Assembly: GCA_963668355.1 (NCBI GenBank)
Contig: OY764265.1
Coordinates: forward strand, 1,888,001-1,952,000
Origin: Bdellovibrionota bacterium
Lineage (GTDB): Bacteria > Bdellovibrionota_G > JALEGL01 > DATDPG01
DNA length: 64,000 nucleotides
Direction of reading: 5' to 3'
Each line of letters begins with the position of its first letter. The stretch's first letter is position 1. The position numbers and the translations under genes are program-made. Shown here piece after piece: positions 50,989-60,204 of the stretch. The notes under the pieces were generated by a model. The model was not told where the DNA came from, did no database searches, and saw only the letters and a list, made by a program, of their open reading frames with translations.

Positions 50989-52191
50989 ATGTGTCGAGCA
51001 ATTATAAAAACACTTTCTTTCGCTTTGGTCGTGATGTTTTCCTTCAATGCCTTTGGAGGAAGCCTACCTCGAATCATGAAGCTTCCCCACTACCTGGGAC
51101 GTTTGGCTCGATTCATTCAAGTTCACAATGACCCTTTAGCTTTTAAAAATCCTGCCGATGAACTCATGCGTGGAGTTATCGATGATGCTTTTTCCCATCG
51201 CGATCGCTGGCTATTTCGCCTTGCTGCCGATGCTCCCACCATGGAGCAAGGAGCCTTGCACCTTTCGCAAATGAGCCCAACAGCCAAAGAAATGTTGTTG
51301 AGACGACATGGAGCCAAGTGGCAAACCGATGAAATGTATCACCTGGGTCTAGCCGAGCGCATTACCGAATTGACCAAAGCGCAGAAAGACGAAGCCCTGG
51401 CAAACCTTCGTTTTCGTTTAGAAGATGAGGCCCACATCATCGACGATGACCTTCTCCGCGCCCTGTACACCGAACAGATCGACGATGTGGACTTTGTTGG
51501 CGAAGTAGAAAGACTAGATGTCAACGATGCCAGGGTTGCATTCACAGAACAAATCATGAATTACGCCAAAAGGGTCTTGAGTGAAGATTCCTTCGATGAA
51601 ATCCTGGGGCTATTACAAGATCTTCATATGGCCGATTACGGTGAAGGCATCTTCCTTCCTTTATTTGACCGCGCCGTCTACGGAACAACGCATGAAATCG
51701 ACCTGTTGAAACATCCCTTGCGCTACGTAGACAATTGGGAAAGTACGCCTCCACACATTCAAGGCGAGATTTTGCATTCCTGTTTTGACAACGTAATTTT
51801 GGCATTGGAAAAGGCCGGAGTCATAGAAGTCGTTCGACTTACCAAGAAGCCCATAGGGGTCCCGATTGTCGGGTCGATTGAACTTCGAGTTCTTCCACCT
51901 CGCAAACCAAACAACCCCCATGAGCAGATCGGGTTTAAAGATTGGAAAGACATTCGAGAACTAACCACCTGGTTTCTATCTCACGTTGGAGAAAAGGGAT
52001 TAGGAGATATTATTAAGGCTTATCGCAAAAAACTGAGTGAAAGCCAGACCCACTTCGATGACCCCTCTCTCGTTCACCTAATTGAAGCTTCTAAAACGCC
52101 GAACATCAACTATGCCGAGCGAGCAGATGAGCTTTTCAGGGCCCTCAATCCCATCATAAGCAGAATCGAAGACATCTACGATGTTTACTAG
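50989..52191 (+). CDS. Secreted acidic helical protein of unknown function
   Basis: Signal peptide MCRAIIK...NAFG; long uninterrupted ORF downstream of a sigma54 motif. Confidence 0.75.
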   Translation: MCRAIIKTLSFALVVMFSFNAFGGSLPRIMKLPHYLGRLARFIQVHNDPLAFKNPADELMRGVIDDAFSHRDRWLFRLAADAPTMEQGALHLSQMSPTAKEMLLRRHGAKWQTDEMYHLGLAERITELTKAQKDEALANLRFRLEDEAHIIDDDLLRALYTEQIDDVDFVGEVERLDVNDARVAFTEQIMNYAKRVLSEDSFDEILGLLQDLHMADYGEGIFLPLFDRAVYGTTHEIDLLKHPLRYVDNWESTPPHIQGEILHSCFDNVILALEKAGVIEVVRLTKKPIGVPIVGSIELRVLPPRKPNNPHEQIGFKDWKDIRELTTWFLSHVGEKGLGDIIKAYRKKLSESQTHFDDPSLVHLIEASKTPNINYAERADELFRALNPIISRIEDIYDVY

Positions 52192-52211
52192 AAGCTGCGC
52201 ACTCATCCTCT

Positions 52212-52414
52212 GAATTTGGGGACAGTATATAGATTTTCCAACCTGCTGGTACAGGGGGTTTGCGGGATAGTATAAGAAGCTCTGGATCATTTGCCTTTAA
52301 CACCTATCGGTCTCATATATCCATTCAGTAGGACTTTTAAAAATGAGATACTGTCCCCAGATTCGGCTTTGTTATGTGGATCAAGGACTAATTAAGTATA
52401 CTGTCCCCTGATTT
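52212..52414. repeat. Three copies of a REP/MITE-like GGGGACAGTAT repeat (one inverted pair plus an extra copy)
   Basis: GAATTTGGGGACAGTAT at 52212-52228, ATACTGTCCCCAGATTC at 52348-52364, TATACTGTCCCCTGATTT at 52397-52414. Confidence 0.8.
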
Positions 52415-52487
52415 CTAAAAGAAGTGCGGAAAACGGAAAGAAACCACTGGCCCAAAAATAAAGGTGCACGGGGTTATTGTAGTGGGG

Positions 52488-54958
52488 TTAGAAAGATTTT
52501 ACTTTGACTTGAATTCTCAGCCCTTCACTCACGGGTTCAATCGCTTTTTTAATTTCTCGTTTAACGCCGTCTGCAACTTCATCTCTAAGTTCGACTTCAA
52601 TTAAGCCCTGAGTGTTGTTGATTTTGATCTCTCCGGCTGTAAGTATTTCAGCCTCTCCCTCGAAGCCTTCAGCCCTAATCATTTTCTCAAAAGCAAGAAA
52701 AGCGTGTCCGTGGGTAGCTCCGTCCCAAACAAAAATCTTTCCACCTGCTTCAATAATCGTGGGCTTTGCGCCATCAAGAACACCTGGCTCGCCAAAGTTT
52801 GAGGCAGGAAGCGTATTTAAATCCACACTTCGATCTTCTTTGGGAACGCTCCAACTAAGACGTATCTCTGTTCCCATGCCTGAAAGCAAAGGTTGGTTTT
52901 TGCCAAACAAACTAAAACCCCATCTTTGGGCCAATTTACTTGCTAAATGCATGATCGGGAATTTAGGCCGTGTGATAGATGGATTTCCGTCATATCCGTA
53001 CTGTGGAAAATCTGACTGCAACTCAACGATGACCTTGCCGACATCATTTTCTCGGACGGATATTTCAGCTGGATGATTCAGGCTCCGTAGAAGGTTGTCT
53101 GAAAACACCAAGCCCAATAGAAAGCGAAAGGCATGACGGTTCATCTGTTGAGGGATTCGTACTAGTTCCGAAGTAGAAGCTTGGAGAGGATTCGGAAACT
53201 TTTGGAAAGACATTGGGGGTAACTGCGTCTTGGCAAAACGGATCGATTGTTCGAGTACTTCATTTACGTCTAATCGAAGGTCACGATATTGACCGAAGTG
53301 CTTGGTTCGTGGACCGGTGAGCATCAGGACTTGCAATGCAAGAGCTAAAGTCTTTAACCCGCTGATAGTCTCAACGTATCCGTTTCTGGATTCTATAGCT
53401 TTCAACGACTCTTGAAGAGGAAACAATTTTGGAAGGAACCCATTCATATGTTTACCGTAGGTGTTTCCTCTCAGTGTTCGCGAGAATAAGGGGCTTTTCT
53501 CTAAACGACCAACTGCTTTGATAAAGTCCTGTTTTAGTTTTTCAATTAGATCTCGAATCGTAGGGCCATCTAAACGATCACTAAGATCAGCCGCTAATCT
53601 CTCCATTTCCGTCACAATCTCCGAACCTTGCAATAAAACAAAAGAGATCGCGCGATAAGCCGGTTGATGATCGAAAGCAACAACCTGTGTGAAAGCAGGA
53701 TCTTCGCTTGGGTCAGGAAAATTTGCCGCTTTCCAATCCTCAAACGTTCCATACTTTTCGCCAAAACCAGCCGTTGCGAGATACGCTTGATAAAGTCGTC
53801 GTTGAACTTCTTCGGTCGCTTCTTCGAGGCTCGTCGCTTTTCCAGCTGTGATGGTTTGTTTTTCTGTTTGAACTGTCTGGGAAAGGACTACTTGCGGAGC
53901 GAGAATCTCCGATCCGAGAGTAGGAGAGGGCGAAGTCATAGGAGCGGCTTCAATGATTGGAGTCGTTGAGGTGGCATAGAAATCATCAAGAAGTGCTGCC
54001 ACGGCCGCTTGAGCTTCAGGGGAGGTTTCAATTACTTGCGTAGCTACAGCAACACCACCTTCTTCTAAAGAAGCTGTTGCACCTGTAGGAGATCGAGTTC
54101 CCTGAGATCTTACGGGAGAAATAATTTCCAAAGGTCGAGCCTCAGGTCCCCAAACGGTTCGGGAAGGTCCCCTGGTTATTAAGGGAGAATCGTTCCCCAC
54201 CCGTCGAGCGGTTCGGACTAAGAGTTGGCTGGTGGTTTGTGCAACCGCTTGTGAGGTTTGGCCTTCCATTCGGATGAGTGCGGTCGAAACCGATTCTGAT
54301 CGTGCAAGCGGGAAAAGAATTGCCGGAACGGCAACGTAAGTACGACCCCATTCTTGAGCTGTCGGCCGCTCGACATCATACCCAAGAAGATAAAGGCCCT
54401 CTCGTGAGGGCGTGACCACAATATCTTGTAGGATTTGATTGCACACGTCAGACGTAAAATACAATCCAGTGTTAGCAGTTCTAATGGGATGCCTAACACG
54501 ATCAACATTCGTTTCTACGACGCATCGAGAGCCGGACACAACACCCTGAAGTTTAGCGACGAGAACATTTTTAAGATTCTTTCCAAACGAGTCTTCTTGC
54601 TTCCAACCATTTTGCTCTCCCAAAATTCCCCAAAAGGTTCCATTCTGCATGGCATTCCAGTGCTCCTGGGCCGAGGCCATGCGAACATCTGAACCCACGA
54701 TCGTATGAGAGAGATTAACAAGAGCCGGGAGGATATTTAGACAAACCCATCCAGCTTCTTTGAGTGATGCTCCCAGGCCATATTCAGTTTCTTCCACACA
54801 GACCCAAAGCCCGTCGGTTGGAGGCTCGATTTGCGTTTGTGGAATGGATTGAGGTTGAGTTTCCTGAGCGAAAGAAAGAGCTGGTCCAAACCCAATGCTA
54901 ATAAGCGTCCAAGCTAGGCAAAGGGCCGATAGCCCTTTTAACAGCCACTTCCGCGACA
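52488..54958 (-). CDS. Large exported protein with a degenerate histidine-kinase-like C-terminal module
   Basis: Signal peptide from MSRKW (RBS GAGGTG), low-complexity T/P/A linker, then DVNEVLEQSI...HLASKLAQRWG...GMGTEIRLSW. Confidence 0.7.
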
Positions 54959-55087
54959 TTCTGATACACCTCAACTTCATGAAATCGACGCAATGTAACG
55001 CACCGCACAATTCCTTTCAAGGCAAAAAACCTAAGAATTTCCTTGCGGTTACCTTGGTCGCTGGTGGCCCAACGGGCCCAAAATGAA

Positions 55088-55127
55088 AATTGGTGGAGCT
55101 GAACAGAATCGAACTGTCGACCTCTTG
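55088..55127 (-). repeat. 40-bp exact direct repeat of the tRNA-Ala 3' half (att-like)
   Basis: Identical to 55251-55290. Confidence 0.95.
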
Positions 55128-55253
55128 GCTCATTACGGGGCTCATCGAACTTAAACCTCCCTAGGGTCGGTTCAAATTCGTGATCCCGTACATTCACTAT
55201 TCAAGCGCAGCCCTTGAATGGGTCACTGCTGGTTCGAAATGTTTGGGAATAAT

Positions 55254-55329
<76 letters not shown>

Positions 55330-55331
55330 AC

Positions 55332-55388
55332 CAGTCTTCGCGAGTTACGCGAGAGAAGACTGCCACGCCGAAGCTTTAGCGAAGGCGG
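55332..55388. repeat. Two adjacent palindromes in the tRNA leader (REP-like)
   Basis: CAGTCTTC...GAAGACTG and CGCC-GAAGCTTTAGCGAA-GGCG. Confidence 0.6.
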
Positions 55389-55603
55389 GCCTTTGAGCCT
55401 CGAACCTGGACGCTACGACTTGGCAGGCCGGTCTTTGAAGGCGATTGTGTACCAAAAGAGTTGGGATAAGGCAATGACGTTTGCACAAGACGGCTGGAAG
55501 GAAATATTCATTTGCGATCTTTGGCGAAAGTTTGCCCGGAGCTGGCGTTTGTGTGTCCCGTCGCGCTGTTTTTCGCCAAGAGGACTTCTTGTAAAGTCCA
55601 TAA

Positions 55604-55636
55604 AAACAATGAGTTAGAATTGGCATATGGTTTGCG
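55604..55636 (+). promoter_or_regulatory. Putative sigma54 promoter with upstream IHF-like site
   Basis: AAACAA-TGAG-TTAG at 55604-55617 and TGGCAT-ATGGT-TTGCG at 55621-55636. Confidence 0.7.
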
Positions 55637-55673
55637 TTTTATGAACGACATGGAAGTGAGAAAGGTGTCGTTC

Positions 55674-57326
55674 ATGAAAACCTTAAGTCGTATGTTTGTC
55701 GTTTCGATTTTGTTCTTGGGGGGCTGTGCCCAAACTCTGGAGCCCACAAATGTAGACCGAACCGCTCAGGTTCAATTTTCCCATGATTCGGGAGAGTACT
55801 TCAATGCGATCAACGTGGTGTTGGCCAGTGAAACCCCCGATGCGGTGATTTACTATACGATGGATGGTTCGACTCCAACCGAGTCTTCTCTGGTGTATTC
55901 TTCAGCCGTTTCCGTTTCCGTTTCTGCGGACATGACGCTTAATGCTTTGGCGACTTCTCCAAACTTGCTTCCCAGCCTTCCGACCGGAAAAATCTATACA
56001 TTTAATTATACCCAGGTGGCCACGCCCGAGTTCTCCGTAAATGCGGGTACGTATGCAGAGGTGTTTGATGTTGAAATCACTTCGGCCACATCCGATGCGC
56101 GGATCTATTACACAACGGGAGAAGAAGATCCCACGGATGAATCTGAACTCTGCGATGAAGAGGAAGAGAATGAAGATGGGAATTGTGAAGTTCATATTTC
56201 GGGCGCCACAGTTTTAAAGGCCATTGCGTACAATGATTCCTTAGAGCCTAGTGATGTGGCTTCTGTGGAGTATGTCTTTGATGGAATGACATTGCTGAAA
56301 AAAAATGTTCAAGCCGTAAAAATTCGAATTGATTTTGATCGAGAAGTGGATGGTCGTGAGCGAATTCGCTTGGAAGATGGAACCATGAATATCATTCACG
56401 AGTATTGGCAAAAACCTTCGGATCCCGTGGTTTGTTTGGCCGATTCTTCTGGAAATTGTTTAACAGATCCGGAGAGTAAGCGTTGGGAAATTGAACCGTT
56501 TCACTCTGGGGATGGAGAGCGTACATGTTATTTCGGAGACAGTTCAGCTCCTATGGTGACCAGTTGCTGGAGTCAGGCGTTTGATTTGGTTAGTGAGATG
56601 GGAATTGATGAGGCCCTTGAGGGAGAATTCAATCGCATTGCCAATCTTGAAGTGGTTCGAGGGCGTGTGGATGAAGTAAGTTCTTGTTTGGGTGGAAATA
56701 ACTCAAATTACGCCTGCATCACCGATGAGGGTGAAATTAAGTTTCAAGATGGTTCTGGTGGAGACACCCGCTGGACATTCACGTTCGATTATTTTTATAC
56801 GACGGGTGAGTATGTTGCCGAAGCCGTTCCCGATACGGAAATTGCTTTGGCCAGAGTGGATTTCGACATTCGTTCGACGGGGAAAGATATTTTAAATGCC
56901 GAAGAAGGACTTCTTTCCATTTTTAATGACGAGGGATCCTTGCCCGTTTCTCCCGCGGTGGTTTCCGTGGAACGTTGGACTGGGACTACTTGGGAAGCCA
57001 CGATTGCAGAAGACTATGACTGGATCTGGGAAGCTTCCGATTGGGACTCTGTGTATGGGGGAAGAATGAGTCCCGAGTTGAGCATGGGCTTGTCCGACTT
57101 GATTGATGGCGAGTTCGACTATGTCGCAAATCTCGATGTTCTTGAGGCGCGCCAAGTTCGATGCCAAGAGAATGGAGCCTACACGACGTATTCGGGTTCG
57201 GTGTCGTTGGCTCCAGAGGGTGCGGGTGTTGTGTTGGATAGTCTCTCACTTCCTTCGGGGTGCACGCTTATGAACGATAATTACCGTGTGAGTTTTGAAT
57301 ATTTTTTCACGGTTCCTGTTGATTAA
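55674..57326 (+). CDS. Lipoprotein with two chitobiase/Fn3-associated Ig-like domains and a duplicated C-terminal domain
   Basis: Lipobox LGGC. AVIYYTMDGSTPT and ARIYYTTGEEDPT. Internal repeat (I/V)DFD...MG..GEF..(I/V)ANL...F(D/E)YF. Confidence 0.8.
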   Translation: MKTLSRMFVVSILFLGGCAQTLEPTNVDRTAQVQFSHDSGEYFNAINVVLASETPDAVIYYTMDGSTPTESSLVYSSAVSVSVSADMTLNALATSPNLLPSLPTGKIYTFNYTQVATPEFSVNAGTYAEVFDVEITSATSDARIYYTTGEEDPTDESELCDEEEENEDGNCEVHISGATVLKAIAYNDSLEPSDVASVEYVFDGMTLLKKNVQAVKIRIDFDREVDGRERIRLEDGTMNIIHEYWQKPSDPVVCLADSSGNCLTDPESKRWEIEPFHSGDGERTCYFGDSSAPMVTSCWSQAFDLVSEMGIDEALEGEFNRIANLEVVRGRVDEVSSCLGGNNSNYACITDEGEIKFQDGSGGDTRWTFTFDYFYTTGEYVAEAVPDTEIALARVDFDIRSTGKDILNAEEGLLSIFNDEGSLPVSPAVVSVERWTGTTWEATIAEDYDWIWEASDWDSVYGGRMSPELSMGLSDLIDGEFDYVANLDVLEARQVRCQENGAYTTYSGSVSLAPEGAGVVLDSLSLPSGCTLMNDNYRVSFEYFFTVPVD

Positions 57327-57343
57327 GCGCGGGGGGTAGAAAC

Positions 57344-57375
57344 AAAAAAGGCGACCTTTTGGGTCGCCTTTTTTT
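57344..57375. terminator. Bidirectional rho-independent terminator
   Basis: AAAAAAGGCGACC-ttttg-GGTCGCCTTTTTT between convergent genes. Confidence 0.85.
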
Positions 57376-57391
57376 AAGGATAAAAAATCTT

Positions 57392-57799
57392 TCATTCAAT
57401 GTCGGTTTTTTCCAATTCAGCCTCGGTTTTCATGGCTTCTTCGACCAGACGTTCTTGTTTGGCAATTCGCTCGCTTACATTGTCAATTTTTGTGCAGAGA
57501 TCACCCACCATGGAAGGTTCGAATTGATCGAGTTTCAATAGCTCGTGGGTCTTTCGTCCCAGTTCTTGATAAAGGGCCTGTCGATCTCGTTGAATTCGCG
57601 CCAGATCCAGTTTGAGTTTCCCGACTTGAGATAATTTTCGTCCCCAGTCCAACGCTTCTCTTGCATGCGTTTTGGCCTGTGACCAAATTCGGGAGGCTGT
57701 GTTTTCGACTCCTTCTGAAGTGGGAGGCGTTTGGCTCTCGTTTGGCTCGTTGACGTTATTGGTTTCGATGGTTTCGTTTGTTTTTTCTTCAGTTTCCAC
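57392..57799 (-). CDS. Small coiled-coil hypothetical protein
   Basis: Disordered acidic N-terminus, KLKLDLARIQRDRQALYQELG heptad-like helix; co-oriented with pgsA. Confidence 0.7.
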   Translation of the reverse strand: METEEKTNETIETNNVNEPNESQTPPTSEGVENTASRIWSQAKTHAREALDWGRKLSQVGKLKLDLARIQRDRQALYQELGRKTHELLKLDQFEPSMVGDLCTKIDNVSERIAKQERLVEEAMKTEAELEKTDIE

Positions 57800-57830
57800 G
57801 ATCTGAACGTAGCAAGGAGCGTTCGGTCAA

Positions 57831-58433
57831 TCAAGAGGATCGTGCTTTTACAGCTCGATAATATTGAACGAAATAAAAAGCGCCAGACCAGAGAGCCAAA
57901 GCCAAAGCCACAAAAATCAGGACTTCGCCCATCTTCATCCAGGGGATTCCCCATTGATGGTTTTCGGGCCCGGCCATCAAAAAACCCAGGGCAAATCCTT
58001 CGGCCACGGTTTTAATTTTGGCGGAGCGACTGGAAGGCAGAAGAATTTCTTCTGAACTGGCAAAGCTTCTCAGGCCACTGACGGCCAACTCTCTTCCCAG
58101 AAGAAGGATGCCGATGATGGCATCCATCCGTCCCAGGTGGATGAGGAGAAGAACCGCTGACAAGACGATGAGCTTGTCGGCCAAGGGATCGAGAATTTGT
58201 CCAAGTCGGGTGATGGTTTGGGTTCGTCGGGCAATGTGTCCGTCGATGAAGTCCGTGCAAAATGCAAGGCCGAAGAGTACGGCCGCCCACATGTCACTTC
58301 TGGGACCATGCTTCGGATAAAGCAGAGCGATCACAACGGGGATGACCAAGATCCGAACGATGGTCAGCGCGTTGGGTAAATTTAGGAATTGCGATTTAGC
58401 GGACGGTGTAAATGGCTGCGATTTCTTCTGCAT
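57831..58433 (-). CDS. pgsA: CDP-diacylglycerol--glycerol-3-phosphate 3-phosphatidyltransferase
   Basis: NLPNALT..R, TDFIDGHIARR, G.ILDPLADK, RELAVSGLR. Confidence 0.93.
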   Translation of the reverse strand: MQKKSQPFTPSAKSQFLNLPNALTIVRILVIPVVIALLYPKHGPRSDMWAAVLFGLAFCTDFIDGHIARRTQTITRLGQILDPLADKLIVLSAVLLLIHLGRMDAIIGILLLGRELAVSGLRSFASSEEILLPSSRSAKIKTVAEGFALGFLMAGPENHQWGIPWMKMGEVLIFVALALALWSGAFYFVQYYRAVKARSS

Positions 58434-59037
58434 GAGATAAGTCTTCGTAATACTTCCGTACCTTTCTCACGTAGTCAATGGTCTCGGCATAGGGAGGAAT
58501 CCCTCCATGTCGCTCAACGGCACCGGGACCAGCATTGTAGGCGGCTGCAGCGAGATCGATGTTTCCATGATATTTTTGAAGCATACGCTGAAAATACTGA
58601 ATGCCTCCCCGCAAATTTTGTTTGGGATCATGCGGATCGCGTACGCCTAAGGAGGCTGCGGTTGCGGGCATGAGTTGCATCAAGCCTCGGGCACCCTTTC
58701 GCGAGACGGCTTTGGGGTCATAAGCAGATTCGGCTTTTACCACGGCCTCAATCAAGGCCGGGTCGGCTCCTGTTTCCAACGCGATTTCGGTAATGAGGTG
58801 TTTGATTTCACTTCGAGAAAGCACTTTGAGGGCTTTTCGTACGGCTCCATGAATATTGTATCGAATGACTCGATAGGTTTTTACTTGCGGGGGGTAGTCA
58901 CAATATTGAACGACCCCATCATCTTGCTCATACGCATAAAAATTGGCGGAGGATTGGCCCCAAGAAGGGAGCGAAATGCTCAAGCTCAAACCGAGCCAAA
59001 AAAGGAAGGGGAAGGCGTTGAATCGTTCTTTTTTCAT
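58396..59037 (-). CDS. Lytic transglycosylase (SLT domain)
   Basis: AVVKAES, AVSRKGARGLMQLMP, AAYNAGPG, IPPYAET..YV. Confidence 0.93.
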   Translation of the reverse strand: MKKERFNAFPFLFWLGLSLSISLPSWGQSSANFYAYEQDDGVVQYCDYPPQVKTYRVIRYNIHGAVRKALKVLSRSEIKHLITEIALETGADPALIEAVVKAESAYDPKAVSRKGARGLMQLMPATAASLGVRDPHDPKQNLRGGIQYFQRMLQKYHGNIDLAAAAYNAGPGAVERHGGIPPYAETIDYVRKVRKYYEDLSHAEEIAAIYTVR

Positions 59038-59125
59038 AAATGGGCAGGAATAGGTAACAAAAATATTCTACCAAAGCCCAGTACATCAAGCAAAAAATAA
59101 AAAATATGATTTAAGAGAACTTTTG

Positions 59126-59617
59126 TTACATATTTCTAATCGCAGTTGTCAAGCGTGTTTCATAAGAGCCATTGGAGGATTCTTTTCTCCAAACAGGTTT
59201 TCCGCCGGTCTTGGAAGATCGCTGTTTTCCAGAGTACTGCCCCTCAATGTTTACCTGTAGGTGAATGTGACTGCCGGTCTCTGTAGGAGTGACTTGGGCC
59301 TCGATATTGAAACGGCCGTGCTCATATTGATGATAATTTTCGGAGAGAGCCGCGATGTCGGTAAGCTGTTGTGGCTTCACGTCTCGCGTTACCGTCTTGA
59401 CCGTTCGAGTCTCGGTATCGAGTGTGCTGATTTCGAGATTTTCGTTTTCTAAGGCGGAAATCAGATTCTCAAAGGCATCTGACGGACTTGAGGGAACATC
59501 AAAGTCTGTCTTGGGCTGGGTTTTCTTTTGCGTGCACCCCGCCAGAATGAGTGAAAAAGCTAGGAGCCCTATGAAAAATGATCGGAACATAGCGGGAGTA
59601 TAACCGCTTGAAATCAT
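59126..59617 (-). CDS. Lipoprotein, possibly BamC-like helix-grip fold
   Basis: Lipobox LAGC, then helix, strands and a C-terminal SNGSYE helix. Confidence 0.6.
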   Translation of the reverse strand: MISSGYTPAMFRSFFIGLLAFSLILAGCTQKKTQPKTDFDVPSSPSDAFENLISALENENLEISTLDTETRTVKTVTRDVKPQQLTDIAALSENYHQYEHGRFNIEAQVTPTETGSHIHLQVNIEGQYSGKQRSSKTGGKPVWRKESSNGSYETRLTTAIRNM

Positions 59618-60165
59618 TCTTCCCAGGAATCAACGACGCCATCGAAGTTGAAATCTTTGGCGGTTCGCGCCAATTTTCCGTCCTCGAAATACATCCAGAT
59701 ATCGGCCTTATTATCTTGATTGGAATCTCGCTCCACACGATTCAAATTCCCATTCTCGTAATAACGCCACGTATCAATTTGACCTGAAAAATGGTGGGAA
59801 CTCTCCGCCCGAACCCGTTTCCCTTTGGAAAAATATTCCGTGAGGTCAAAGGTTCCATCGAAATCCAAGTCCATCGTGAGGGTTTCAATCAAGCCTTCCG
59901 AGTAGGTCTTTTTCAGATCCACTCGTCCGTCTCGGTTTAGGTCAATTTCCTCCCGAATCAGGCGATCTCCTTGGCTCCAACGCCATGTGTCCGTCTTTCC
60001 AAGGCCGCCTACATCCAGGGTCTCAAGGGTCATGCCGTCGGGAAGCTTCTCCTGTCCTGACTTTACCGATTTGGAGGCACATCCTGAGAGTAGGAATAGG
60101 GCAAAAAAACAGAACGTGAAAAAATGAATGGTATTGACAATATATATATGGGCACGTACGGTCAT
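59614..60165 (-). CDS. Lipoprotein with about six 24-aa DxNxDG..D repeats
   Basis: Lipobox LSGC. DLNRDGRVD, DLDFDGTFD, DSNQDNKAD, DFNFDGVVD. Confidence 0.8.
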   Translation of the reverse strand: MTVRAHIYIVNTIHFFTFCFFALFLLSGCASKSVKSGQEKLPDGMTLETLDVGGLGKTDTWRWSQGDRLIREEIDLNRDGRVDLKKTYSEGLIETLTMDLDFDGTFDLTEYFSKGKRVRAESSHHFSGQIDTWRYYENGNLNRVERDSNQDNKADIWMYFEDGKLARTAKDFNFDGVVDSWEE

Positions 60166-60204
60166 TTTATCAATGCGGAAAGTTGAAAATTGTAGAGGTT
60201 GATC

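Noticed and set aside
54990..55005. Sigma54-like CGGTGC...TTGC upstream of the pseudokinase gene
   Set aside because: Spacing is GG-N11-GC, whereas RpoN requires N10.
55134..55190. Bulged hairpin as an integron attC site
   Set aside because: No RYYYAAC/GTTRRRY ends, no cassette array and no integron integrase.
55091..55214. Canonical tmRNA (ssrA) or intron-containing tRNA
   Set aside because: Too short, with no tag reading frame, no D-arm and no group I core. Kept only as a tRNA-like candidate.
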